A stretch of 52,179 nt of DNA, from positions 15,855 to 68,033 of the forward strand of contig MGKV01000021.1 in the NCBI GenBank assembly GCA_001795795.1, written 5' to 3'. The position numbers and the translations under genes are program-made. The stretch is from Candidatus Yanofskybacteria bacterium RIFCSPLOWO2_02_FULL_45_18. GTDB taxonomy: Bacteria > Patescibacteriota > Minisyncoccia > 2-02-FULL-40-12 > GWA2-44-9. This document shows, one piece after another, positions 1 to 8,701 of this stretch. Position 1 is the stretch's first letter; every line of letters begins with the position of its first letter. The notes under the pieces are model-generated. The model was not told the DNA's origin and did no database searches. It saw nothing but the letters and a program-made list of their open reading frames with translations.

Positions 1-36
1 ATCGCCCAAAATCCGAATTCTGAAAATTGGCGGAGG
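1..36 (+). repeat. 36-bp exact inverted copy of 51588-51623 (tRNA-Ser 3' end plus recombinase tail; putative att junction)
   Basis: ATCGCCCAAAATCCGAATTCTGAAAATTGGCGGAGG is identical to the reverse complement of 51588-51623. Identity stops 9 nt into each tRNA. Confidence 0.9.
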
Positions 37-112
37 GTGCAGGACTCGAACCTGCAAGGGATTGCTCCCGTCGGTTTTCAAGACCGATGCCATACCATTA
101 GGCGAACCCTCC
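28..112 (-). tRNA. tRNA-Ser(UGA)
   Basis: Reverse complement GGAGGGTTCGCCTAATGGTATGGCATCGGTC-TTGAAA-ACCGACGGGAGCAATCCCTTGCAGGTTCGAGTCCTGCACCCTCCGCCA: acceptor stem, anticodon TGA, long variable arm, TTCGA T-loop, encoded CCA. Confidence 0.95.
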
Positions 113-124
113 ATATAAACTTTG

Positions 125-871
125 TTATTTTACCACAGATTTGGGGTGCTTTCCAGCTCGGATTGCTTTTGCAAACTTGGCGAAAAGACGGTCCAGTTTG
201 CTGTTCCTCATCGCTTCAAGGTGGCATTGGATGCCGAAGCAAAAATAGTTGGTATCGCGATGCTCAATGATCTCCGCTATCCCCTCCTTTGACCTCGCGG
301 AGACGGCGAAATCGGCTCCTGTCGTTTTGACCGCCTGATGGTGGGCGGAGTTAACTTTTAGCGATACTGTTTTTAATATCCGACGGGTTTTACTTTTGGG
401 GTCTATGAAAATTTCGTGGCCGTTATCTTTGGCGAAAAGTTCGGCATATATTCGGGTGCCGTGGTTTTCTTTAAGTTTAAGGTCGGGAAGATGCTGGTGA
501 AGAGTCCCGCCCGAAGCGATAGCCAGCGCCTGGCATCCGCGGCAGATGCCCAGAAATGGTTTTCGGTCGCGCAATATCTTTTTGAGCAAATAAAGTTCAA
601 GTTTGTCCCGCGCCGGCTCAAGACGGTCGTTTCGGGGATGGTTTTTCTCGCCATAATATTTAGCGTCAAAGTCCCCTCCGCCGATGAGTAGCGCCCCCTG
701 GCATTCGTTATAAAGGCAATCAACCGTTTTTCTGCTCATTAATGGTGAAACAAAGATCGGCGCCAGATCAAAACGGCGCATTTTTTCAAGGTATGTTTCA
801 CGGATGAGATTTATGGCAATATTAGTTTTATCAGTTTTTTTGGTGGCAAGCGGAACGATAATCTTGCGCAT
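125..871 (-). CDS. Peptidase C26 / gamma-glutamyl-gamma-aminobutyrate hydrolase family (class I glutamine amidotransferase fold)
   Basis: GGGDFD, PFLGICRG (nucleophile Cys), VNSAHHQAV and GIQCHLE motifs. Confidence 0.88.
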   Translation of the reverse strand: MRKIIVPLATKKTDKTNIAINLIRETYLEKMRRFDLAPIFVSPLMSRKTVDCLYNECQGALLIGGGDFDAKYYGEKNHPRNDRLEPARDKLELYLLKKILRDRKPFLGICRGCQALAIASGGTLHQHLPDLKLKENHGTRIYAELFAKDNGHEIFIDPKSKTRRILKTVSLKVNSAHHQAVKTTGADFAVSARSKEGIAEIIEHRDTNYFCFGIQCHLEAMRNSKLDRLFAKFAKAIRAGKHPKSVVK

Positions 872-914
872 AATAAATTATTGATTTAAACTATCTTAAC
901 AAAGGAGTGGCACC

Positions 915-1787
915 TTGAAAAGAAACCTCGTTCGGTGCTTTTTAATCGCTTTTTTTAGCGTCTTCACGATCTGTGCCGAGAATACTTATACGGCCAAACA
1001 AGCCAGCGTGATTCTTATTGATTTGCCGGCGCAGACTGCCGACACTTCTGTTTTTCTAATTATCTTTCGATGGCCTTTCTATCAGGTTGCGGCCAATAGG
1101 GTTTTGGTTGCGGTTGACGTTGAACAGGAGCCGGGAATTTATCCGATATCTTTGGTCCAAAACCTGCGGCCGCGGCCATTTGGCCAGCTGACGGTGAGAA
1201 AGGGCGTATTTCCGAAGATAAACTTGCCCCGAATTTATGTGGATTCGCAAAAAAAAGTCCGGCTTGAAGAAGAAGAAAGCGCCATTGTCCAAGCATTGGG
1301 GTCAGGCCCGTTACTTTATCCCAGTCAGCAACTTAAAGACAGGTTCGATTATCCGCTTGAGAAGTTGTCGGCGGATAATGTCCGCAGTTACGTAAGCGAT
1401 GGCATCGGTTCAGTTAGGACACGCCTCCGAGTTTGGCCGGATCGCCGCAAGGAATGGCATACCGCCGTTCATCGCGGCGTGGATTTAAAAGCCAGATATG
1501 AAAATGTTAAAGCAATTAATCCGGGCATGGTGGTTTTAACCGGTAATTATCTGGCCGAGGGCCAGTTTATTGTCATCTACCATGGCAGTGATGTCTACTC
1601 GCTTTATATGCATCTTTCCAAAATCTATGCGTTGACGGAACAGTATGTTGCCAAAGGTGAGATTATTGCTCAAAGCGGTGAGAGCGGCAATGCCACAGGA
1701 CCGTGCCTCCACTTTGCTATTCGCGCCTTTGGCGCTTCAGTGAATCCGTTGGAATTTATTGAGATTTATAACCCCTTCCTTGAGTAG
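915..1787 (+). CDS. Secreted M23 family metallopeptidase
   Basis: Signal peptide; HRGVD, SLYMHLS, SGESGNATGPCLHF, VNPL; AAAGGAG RBS before a TTG start. Confidence 0.85.
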   Translation: MKRNLVRCFLIAFFSVFTICAENTYTAKQASVILIDLPAQTADTSVFLIIFRWPFYQVAANRVLVAVDVEQEPGIYPISLVQNLRPRPFGQLTVRKGVFPKINLPRIYVDSQKKVRLEEEESAIVQALGSGPLLYPSQQLKDRFDYPLEKLSADNVRSYVSDGIGSVRTRLRVWPDRRKEWHTAVHRGVDLKARYENVKAINPGMVVLTGNYLAEGQFIVIYHGSDVYSLYMHLSKIYALTEQYVAKGEIIAQSGESGNATGPCLHFAIRAFGASVNPLEFIEIYNPFLE

Positions 1788-1797
1788 AGGCGGGCTT

Positions 1798-1836
1798 GCC
1801 TGCTAAGGTTTTGCTCATCACAAAATCTTGGCAGGC
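1798..1836. repeat. Palindromic REP-like hairpin related to 4017-4057; may act as terminator
   Basis: GCCTGCTAAGGTTTTG-ctcatca-CAAAATCTTGGCAGGC followed by TTTTT. Confidence 0.6.
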
Positions 1837-1945
1837 TTTTTAATTTGACAGATTGAACGTGAATCCGACTGGCGCATTCGATACAATCCGATAAGAGATT
1901 TGGCGGAAAACAAGTAACAGGACGACGCTCAACAGTGAGCGTCTT

Positions 1946-2863
1946 TTAATTTTGTTTTTTATTATGAAATTTTTCATGCACCTCCCGAAGTTGTTTGTCG
2001 GTAACATGAGTATAGATTTGGGTGGTGGTAACATTGGCGTGGCCGAGCATGGCCTGAACCGAGCGGATGTCGGCGCCGTTGCGCAAAAGGTCGGTGGCCA
2101 TGGAATGTCTTAGCGAGTGCGGCGAAACATGCTTGCCGACAATTCCGGCCCTGACGGCGTGCTTGGCCACAATACGCTGAATCGTGCGGGGGGTTAGGCG
2201 CAGATTTGACTCCTTGCCCTGATTTTTGGGAAAGCGGATAAATAGGGCTTCATCGGCATCGCTACGCCCCCCCAAATATTTATTTAGGTGATTCTTTGCT
2301 TCGTACGACAGAAACACCAGCCGTATTTTACTGCCCTTGCCTCGGATTGAGAACTCCCCCCTTTTCAGGTCTATCTTATCGCGGTCTAGCGAACACAGCT
2401 CGGAAACACGCATACCGGTGGAGAAAAGCGTGGCAAGAATTGCGCGGTCGCGCAAAGTATCCAGCTTATCTCCTTTGGGCGAATCAAGCAACCTCTTCAG
2501 CTCGCCCTCTTCTAAAAAAGTCACCTCACGGTCCTCTTGTTTGCCAAGTTCCACCCTCTCGGCCGGGACAGTTTTTACACCAATCTTTGCCAGATACTTG
2601 AGAAAATTGCGCAGGGCGATGACATGGTAGTTTTGGGTAACCTTTTTGAGCGGTTCTCCGTTGGCATCTATAATACGGTTTAGATAAAGGCGGTATTGGC
2701 GGATTTTTTCTTCGCCCAAGTCCCTAATGTCGTTGACCTTGGCAAACGACAAAAACCGCTCCAAATAGCGGCCATAGTTCTCCAATGTTTTGGCCGAACG
2801 ATTCTTTTCAATCTCCAGATATTCAAGATATTGGATTTTGAGTTTTTTGATATTCGCCTCCAC
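1946..2863 (-). CDS. Tyrosine recombinase, XerC/XerD family
   Basis: N-terminal SAM-like domain, TGMRVSEL, RGKGSKIR, SPHSLRHSMAT, LGHANVTTTQIYTHV (R-K-H-R-H-Y catalytic set). Confidence 0.93.
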   Translation of the reverse strand: MEANIKKLKIQYLEYLEIEKNRSAKTLENYGRYLERFLSFAKVNDIRDLGEEKIRQYRLYLNRIIDANGEPLKKVTQNYHVIALRNFLKYLAKIGVKTVPAERVELGKQEDREVTFLEEGELKRLLDSPKGDKLDTLRDRAILATLFSTGMRVSELCSLDRDKIDLKRGEFSIRGKGSKIRLVFLSYEAKNHLNKYLGGRSDADEALFIRFPKNQGKESNLRLTPRTIQRIVAKHAVRAGIVGKHVSPHSLRHSMATDLLRNGADIRSVQAMLGHANVTTTQIYTHVTDKQLREVHEKFHNKKQN

Positions 2864-2954
2864 GATTTCATTCTATACCATTATTGTGCGACAAGTAAGA
2901 GCGCAAGTTTGCAACTCTACAATTTTTATGATATGATAAGCAAATACTAACTTA

Positions 2955-3067
2955 ATCCCTGCGTTGGCTTGAGCGTAGCGAAAGCCAGTCCCGAGGCAAC
3001 TTCTAACTAATCAACGCCGAGGGGCTGGGACCGCTTACTTTTTAGCTGGTTCAGCGGGTATTTTATA
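2955..3067 (+). promoter_or_regulatory. Structured 5' leader of rpsO (putative S15 autoregulatory element)
   Basis: GCGTTG/CAACGC, CAGTCCC/GGGGCTG and CCGCT/AGCGG complementary segments directly upstream of rpsO. S15 leaders are established in many phyla. Confidence 0.45.
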
Positions 3068-3340
3068 ATGTTAACCCCCAAACAGAAAAGCAAGGTCATT
3101 GAGCCGCACAAGCTTCACGAGAAAGATACCGGTTCGGCATCAGCGCAAATTGCGTTATTTACCGAAGAGATAGAAAAATTGGCTAAGCATTTGAAGAAAA
3201 ATCCCAAGGACAACAGCTCCCGCGTCGGTCTTTTAAAAATGGTTGCTAAGCGCAAGCGGCTTCTGGATTATTTAAAGTGCGTCGATTCCAAGCGATATGC
3301 TTCTTTAACCAAATCTCTTGGCTTAAAGCCTAAAGCCTAA
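3068..3340 (+). CDS. rpsO: 30S ribosomal protein S15
   Basis: HEKDTGSASAQIALFT...KDNSSRVGLLKMVAKRKRLLDYL; lies upstream of pnp. Confidence 0.98.
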   Translation: MLTPKQKSKVIEPHKLHEKDTGSASAQIALFTEEIEKLAKHLKKNPKDNSSRVGLLKMVAKRKRLLDYLKCVDSKRYASLTKSLGLKPKA

Positions 3341-3366
3341 CGCCTAATTTCTAAGTTCTATTCTTC

Positions 3367-3906
3367 ATGACTGATAAAATCTCTATCTCCCAAAGGAAAA
3401 ACCACCGTGTCGGTGTGTTTGTTGATGTGTCTAACATGTATCATTCGGCCAGAAACCTTTATAATTCAAGAGTAAATTTCGGCGAACTTCTGAAGGTTGC
3501 AGCCACCGGTCGCGAGCTTGTCCGCGCCGTGGCTTATGTTATTAAGTCCGACACGCCCGAAGAAAAATCGTTCTTTGAAGCTCTTGGCAAGGCTGGTTTT
3601 GAACTGAAAATGAAAGACCTTCAAATTTTCCCCGGCGGCATGAAAAAGGGCGACTGGGATGTGGGCATCTCCATTGACGCAATCAGTCTTTCTAAACAAC
3701 TGGATGTGGTAGTAATTGTTTCGGGCGACGGCGACTTTGTGCCATTAGTAGATTATCTTCAGCATAGCGGTTTGATCGTAGAGGTGGTTGGTTTTGAAAG
3801 AAGCACCAGCGCCAAAGTGATTGAAGCGGCTAATAATTTCATTGACCTTGACCAGCAGCGGAAAGTTTTAATGCGCGCTCCGCGCAGAAAGCCCAAAACC
3901 AGCTAA
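3367..3906 (+). CDS. NYN domain (LabA/DUF88, PIN-like) protein
   Basis: VFVDVSNMY, KGDWDVGISID, VSGDGDFVPL acidic motifs. Confidence 0.92.
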   Translation: MTDKISISQRKNHRVGVFVDVSNMYHSARNLYNSRVNFGELLKVAATGRELVRAVAYVIKSDTPEEKSFFEALGKAGFELKMKDLQIFPGGMKKGDWDVGISIDAISLSKQLDVVVIVSGDGDFVPLVDYLQHSGLIVEVVGFERSTSAKVIEAANNFIDLDQQRKVLMRAPRRKPKTS

Positions 3907-3972
3907 AAATCCAGCGGGAGCTGGATTTTTAAATTGGTTTATGTTAAGCTGAAGTATGGGTGAAACTAATTA

Positions 3973-4091
3973 ACAAATAAGTGTATAGGGATGGGGAACG
4001 AAAGTGTATGGGGCTTTGGCCCGCCTAAGTTTTGTTAAACAAAATTTAGGCGGGCCAGAATCTTGTTACTCATCCTCTCCTATTTATTTGT
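3973..4091 (+). promoter_or_regulatory. Long hairpin in the pnp 5' UTR with an inner REP-like palindrome (4017-4057)
   Basis: ACAAATAA/TTATTTGT and GGATGGGG-AACGA/TTGTT-ACTCATCC outer stems; inner 19-bp stem TGGCCCGCCTAAGTTTTGT/ACAAAATTTAGGCGGGCCA. Confidence 0.55.
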
Positions 4092-4099
4092 CTGTTTAC

Positions 4100-6202
4100 A
4101 TGGTAGCAAAAACATATAAGAAAGAGTTTGCTGGCAGGACTCTTTTCGTGGAAATCGGTCGTCTGGCCGGGCAAGCCAACGGTTCTTGCCGTGTTCAGTT
4201 TGGTGAAACTAATGTTTTGGTAACGGCGACTATGGGTGGAAAAGCTAAGGAAATTGATTACTTTCCCCTCTCGGTGGATTACGAAGAAAAGTATTATGCC
4301 GCTGGCAAAATAAAAGGTTCAAAATGGATAAAGCGTGAAACCCGTCCTTCGGACGAGGCTATCTTATCGGGCCGCTTGATTGACCGCGCTCTGCGCCCGA
4401 GATTTAATCACTTTATGCGCAATGATGTGCAGGTGGTGGCCACCATTCTAACCTTTGACGGCATCAATGATCCGGATGTTCCGGCTCTTTTCGGCGCGTC
4501 TTTGGCGTTGATGATTTCGGATATTCCATTTGATGGTCCGGTAGCAGGGATAAGAGTCGGACGCGTAGACGGAAAGTTAGTATACAATCCAACCTACGAA
4601 GAACGCGAAAAAAGCGATTTTGATATTGTTGTCGCCGGCACTGCCAACAAAATAAACATGATAGAAGCTGGCGCCAAGATTGTTCCTGAAAAAGATATTG
4701 CCAGCGCTATTGCCTCAGGATTTAAGGAAATGCAGGCATTAATTGATTTTCAGAAAGAAATTGCAAAGGATATTGCGCCAAAAAAGAAAGAAATCGCTAT
4801 CCTTGGCCACGACGAGGCGTTGGTTAAAATGGTAAGAGATTTTGTTGGCGCTAAACTTGAAAAGGCCATTTATACCCACTCAAAGCAGGAATATATGGAA
4901 AGCGTAGATGCGATTGGTTTGGAGTTGCAAGCTTATATCAAGAAACAATTTAACGGTCAGGATGATGTGGCAAAAAAACTTAGCGAATCACTGGTTATCT
5001 TTGAAGAGGAAATGGATCGTATCGTCCACAAGAATATACTTGAATCCGAAAAACGCCCCGATGGCCGGAAGTTGGACCAATTGAGGGAAATTACGGCGGA
5101 AATTGCCGTTCTTCCCCATTCGCATGGCACCGGGCTTTTTCAGCGCGGCACGACTCAAGCCCTCTCTTCGTTGACATTGGCTTCTCCCGGTATGGAACAA
5201 TGGGTTGAAACGATGGAAATTGAACTGACCAAGAAACGCTTTATGCACCACTATGTTTTTCCGCCTTTTTGTGTCGGCGAAGTTGGTCGTATGGGCGGTT
5301 CGGGCCGGCGCGAGATTGGTCACGGCGCCCTAGCAGAACGTGCATTATTGCCTATCATACCGTCCAAAGACGACTTTCCTTATACAATCCGTGTTGTTTC
5401 GGAGATATTGTCTTCCAACGGTTCATCTTCAATGGCATCGGTTTGCGGCGCATCGCTGGCCATGATGGATGGCGGCGTGCCGATTAAAACTCCGGCGGCC
5501 GGAATTGCCATGGGGCTGATGTTTGACGACAAAGGTGAGGAGTACAAAATTCTGACCGATATTCAGGGACCGGAAGACCATCATGGCGATATGGATTTGA
5601 AAGTTGCCGGAACCAAAGATGGAGTTACGGCAATGCAAATGGATGTTAAAGTTGAGGGCATCAGTAACGAGATCGTTGAAAAAACCCTTGAACAAGCCAA
5701 ACAAGCGCGCCTTGAAATATTAAGCAAAATAACTGAAGCGATAGCTACTCCGCGCAAAGAGCTGTCGCCGTTTGCTCCGAGGATTAAAACCATCAAAATA
5801 AATCCGGAAAAGATTGGAGCGGTTATCGGTCCGCAAGGCAAGATGATAAACGAGATAATTGAGAAAACCGGAGTCACGATTGATATTGATGATGACGGCT
5901 CGGTGTTCATAACTTCCGATAGCGACGAAAATATGAATAAGGCCATTAGCTGGATTCAGGCGATTGCTTACGAACCCAAACCGGGAGACGAATTTGATGG
6001 CAAGGTTACAAAATTGCTTGATTTCGGAGCTTTTGTGGAGTTTATGCCGGGTAAAGAAGGGATGGTCCATGTTTCGGAAATCTCTCAAGAGCGTATCCGC
6101 AAACCCTCGGATGTTCTTAAGGTTGGCCAAACTGTGCACATCAAAGTGATAAAGATTGATGATTATGGTAGAATAAACTTGACGATGAAAATTAACCATT
6201 AG
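4100..6202 (+). CDS. pnp: Polyribonucleotide nucleotidyltransferase (PNPase)
   Basis: FPLSVDYEEK, RREIGHG, SNGSSSMAS, GDMDLKVAGT, KH and S1 domains; start set at ATG 4100. Confidence 0.98.
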   Translation: MVAKTYKKEFAGRTLFVEIGRLAGQANGSCRVQFGETNVLVTATMGGKAKEIDYFPLSVDYEEKYYAAGKIKGSKWIKRETRPSDEAILSGRLIDRALRPRFNHFMRNDVQVVATILTFDGINDPDVPALFGASLALMISDIPFDGPVAGIRVGRVDGKLVYNPTYEEREKSDFDIVVAGTANKINMIEAGAKIVPEKDIASAIASGFKEMQALIDFQKEIAKDIAPKKKEIAILGHDEALVKMVRDFVGAKLEKAIYTHSKQEYMESVDAIGLELQAYIKKQFNGQDDVAKKLSESLVIFEEEMDRIVHKNILESEKRPDGRKLDQLREITAEIAVLPHSHGTGLFQRGTTQALSSLTLASPGMEQWVETMEIELTKKRFMHHYVFPPFCVGEVGRMGGSGRREIGHGALAERALLPIIPSKDDFPYTIRVVSEILSSNGSSSMASVCGASLAMMDGGVPIKTPAAGIAMGLMFDDKGEEYKILTDIQGPEDHHGDMDLKVAGTKDGVTAMQMDVKVEGISNEIVEKTLEQAKQARLEILSKITEAIATPRKELSPFAPRIKTIKINPEKIGAVIGPQGKMINEIIEKTGVTIDIDDDGSVFITSDSDENMNKAISWIQAIAYEPKPGDEFDGKVTKLLDFGAFVEFMPGKEGMVHVSEISQERIRKPSDVLKVGQTVHIKVIKIDDYGRINLTMKINH

Positions 6203-6272
6203 AAATTAGAAATTAGAAATTAGTTCGCCATTGGCGAATTCTAAGTTCTAGTCGCTAGGTTCTAAGTTCTAT
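6199..6272. repeat. Heptamer tandem repeat with inverted symmetry (TTAGAAA)n...(TTCTAAG)n
   Basis: ttagaaa x3, ttagttc-gccattggcgaa-ttctaag ttctagt cgctagg ttctaag ttctatc. Confidence 0.75.
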
Positions 6273-6274
6273 CA

Positions 6275-7663
6275 GTGGTTGACGACCAAAAGACCAGTAC
6301 GATTGACGACTTGCTTAAGGAACTGACTGAACCAGCCAGCTCGGTTAAGCCTTCTACCGCACCCGTATCCTCACCCGCATTTTCACCTCGGCCATTGCCC
6401 CCACCCCCACTTCCATCCGTAACACCACCACCCCTACCTCCGCAAATTCCAAGAACCCCCCCGGTTCCGCCAGTAGTTCCTCCGGCAATCCCCCCGAGGC
6501 TAGTGGTTAAACCTATCCAATCACCAACTCCTTTAACTTCGGCAATTCCCCCAAGACCGGGACCGGAAATTAAACCTTCCCAACCACTACCTCCCGTAAC
6601 TTCTACAGTGCCCAAAACATACCAATCCTCAATCCGCTCAATGGCGGAGGATTTGGCTCGTTTGCGCGAAGGTCAACCTACCGGTGGCGTTACCGTTGAA
6701 AAGAATATCCCCACTGCTCCGGTTCCGGTTACGCCGCGTTCGGAAATAAAACCGATTTTGCCACTCCCTCAACCACCCAAGATAACCGCTCCGCCCGTAT
6801 TCTCGCCCACGCCTTCGCCTAAGATGGGGCCGGTTTTACCGCCAAAGCCAGAAATTATTACTCCCCCCTCACTCGGAGGCATTAATGTTCCCGGCGGTGG
6901 TTATTTAAGTCCCAGATTATTCTTGATCGGGGCGCTGATAGTGTTATTGGCCGGATTTTCAACTTGGTACTTTGTGATAAGACAGCCAGCGGAAATTACC
7001 GTTTCCCCCACTCCCTCCGAACCGACTGTAACGGAAATTACGTTGGAAGACATATTTCCAGTTTCCACCACCGTTATCAACTTTAGCGACTACGCTGATG
7101 TAGGTTCTCCAGCACAAAAATTTGCCAGCCAACTGGGATTATCTGTTAACCAAGGTGAATTTGAAAGATTAAGTGGAGCAAAAAACGGTCTCGCCGAAAC
7201 AAGAGCCAACGGTTTTATGGATAGTTTGCTGGTTCGGTACCCATTTGAGATGAAGACAGCCTTTTCTGACGATTCCGGAACATTCATCTATGGCCAGAAA
7301 GAAGCTTTTGATATTAGCGGCCAGATGGTGACTGGTGTTCCGGCATCCAGCCATATTGTAATGATCTCTGAAATTAAAGCCGGTCTTGGTATAAATCAAA
7401 CTTTAAATTCGTGGGAGGCCAGCATGATCGGCGATTTAAGCAATCTTTTTGGCCTTGAAAAGAATAAAGCATCTAGCGGAATCTTTTCGGACAATAACTA
7501 TCGGTCTACGCCAATAAGATTTAGGAATTTCCCATTTGCCGATAGCACCATTGATTATGGTATTGTTTCTGCCGGCGGCAAAAGATATTTTATTTTAACA
7601 AGTTCTCGTGAAGCTATGTTCGCAACCATTGATCAGATATTAGATTTTTCTCCCAGCCAATAG
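6275..7663 (+). CDS. Proline-rich single-pass membrane protein, unknown function
   Basis: About 200-aa Pro-rich N-terminus, TM helix LFLIGALIVLLAGFSTWYFV, globular C-terminal domain. Confidence 0.8.
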   Translation: MVDDQKTSTIDDLLKELTEPASSVKPSTAPVSSPAFSPRPLPPPPLPSVTPPPLPPQIPRTPPVPPVVPPAIPPRLVVKPIQSPTPLTSAIPPRPGPEIKPSQPLPPVTSTVPKTYQSSIRSMAEDLARLREGQPTGGVTVEKNIPTAPVPVTPRSEIKPILPLPQPPKITAPPVFSPTPSPKMGPVLPPKPEIITPPSLGGINVPGGGYLSPRLFLIGALIVLLAGFSTWYFVIRQPAEITVSPTPSEPTVTEITLEDIFPVSTTVINFSDYADVGSPAQKFASQLGLSVNQGEFERLSGAKNGLAETRANGFMDSLLVRYPFEMKTAFSDDSGTFIYGQKEAFDISGQMVTGVPASSHIVMISEIKAGLGINQTLNSWEASMIGDLSNLFGLEKNKASSGIFSDNNYRSTPIRFRNFPFADSTIDYGIVSAGGKRYFILTSSREAMFATIDQILDFSPSQ

Positions 7664-7691
7664 CGGTACCAACCCTGTGTTAATTTAAGTT

Positions 7692-7718
7692 CAAAAGAGG
7701 CGCTTGGCGCCTCTTTTG
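7692..7718 (+). terminator. Bidirectional intrinsic terminator
   Basis: CAAAAGAGGCGC-ttg-GCGCCTCTTTTG just after the 7663 stop. Confidence 0.75.
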
Positions 7719-8026
7719 CTGTTACCAATAGTGACATGGTGACAGCATGGTGACATCACCATGTCACCTGGTGCCAGACACCATGTCACCTGGTGCCAAA
7801 ATGGTGACACCAATGGTGACATGGTGCCAACTAGGTGACATCACCATGTCACCTAGTGCCAAATTGTCTGTCACCATGACACCAGACACACATTGCTGGG
7901 TTATTTAATAATCTAGGTATTGCTTTGTATTTGAGGGGCAAAGTGAACATGGTGACATGGTGACACCAATGGTGACATGGTGACCATGTCACCTGGTGCC
8001 AAGGTGTCTGTCACCAAGTGCCAGAG

Positions 8027-8035
8027 TTATCCACA
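8027..8035 (+). promoter_or_regulatory. Perfect DnaA box
   Basis: TTATCCACA. Confidence 0.55.
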
Positions 8036-8045
8036 GTGACACCTC

Positions 8046-8074
8046 TTGTATGTCACCATGTCATCTGTTATCAT
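8046..8074 (+). promoter_or_regulatory. Putative sigma70 promoter with a GTCACC box in the spacer
   Basis: TTGTAT-17 nt-TATCAT with an extended -10 TG. Confidence 0.45.
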
Positions 8075-8309
8075 TTGGTTAGTACCTTTTTGCTGGTGAC
8101 GAGACACCACGTGCGCCACTGGCCATTTCCTTTTTTGAGGCACCACCCACATAATACCATTTTGGTTTAGGGGTCGCGTGCCTCTTTTTTTTGTTTTGAT
8201 TTGACGATGGATGTTTGTTTAATTAATTTGAATAATAAATTTTACTGTGCTATGCTGTATATCCTAAGTTTGAAAATATATAATCTAATTTGGAGGGACA
8301 TTCAATTTT

Positions 8310-8678
8310 ATGGATAAAAATGAATTGAAAAAATTAAGAGAGGACTTGGTTAAAGAAAAAGCAACGGTTGAAGAAGCGTTAATGTCCACTGCTATAAAAA
8401 ATCCGATTGTTAAAGATTACTACGAACAACCGCGGGTTGAGGATATCGGCAGTTCGCCTGATGATACAGCCCTTGAAGCTGTGGATTTTGACCGCATGAT
8501 GGCCTTAAAAAATACGCAGGAACAGAGATTGCACGAGATTAATGAAACATTAGCCCAAATTGACAGCGGTGAATATGGCATATGTGTTAATTGTGCTTCC
8601 GGCATTGGGGCGGCTAGGTTGAAAGTTATACCTGCGGCTACTTTGTGCATTAGTTGTGCCCAGAAAACAGGAAGATAA
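8310..8678 (+). CDS. DksA/TraR family C4 zinc-finger protein
   Basis: Coiled coil followed by YGICVNC...RLKVIPAATLCISCA. Confidence 0.9.
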   Translation: MDKNELKKLREDLVKEKATVEEALMSTAIKNPIVKDYYEQPRVEDIGSSPDDTALEAVDFDRMMALKNTQEQRLHEINETLAQIDSGEYGICVNCASGIGAARLKVIPAATLCISCAQKTGR

Positions 8679-8701
8679 CTCCTTGGAGGGAGGATTTTCT
8701 T

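Larger units (their letters stand above)
7730..8100. repeat. Dense array of GGTGAC/GTCACC boxes with direct and inverted repeats
   Basis: 10 GGTGAC + 7 GTCACC; 26-bp direct repeat at 7801-7826 and 7957-7982; CCATGTCACCTGGTGCCA three times; palindrome CTAGGTGACAT-cacc-ATGTCACCTAG at 7831-7856. Confidence 0.9.

Noticed and set aside
37-270. Independent 77-aa CDS
   Set aside because: It is antisense to tRNA-Ser and the C26 gene; better explained as the read-through tail of a recombinase starting outside the window.
1946-2863. Phage or island integrase near tRNA-Ser
   Set aside because: Length and motifs fit a housekeeping XerC/D; no att repeat or phage genes nearby, and no convincing dif site found by eye.
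4004-4099. N-terminal extension of PNPase; likewise ORF-track extensions for comM, polA, pyrG, 12094 and 22607
   Set aside because: These extensions translate hairpins or repeats or overlap upstream genes; the downstream starts fit family N-termini or RBS positions better.
7730-8100. CRISPR array
   Set aside because: Repeats are short, in mixed orientation and irregularly spaced, with no unique 25-45-bp spacers.
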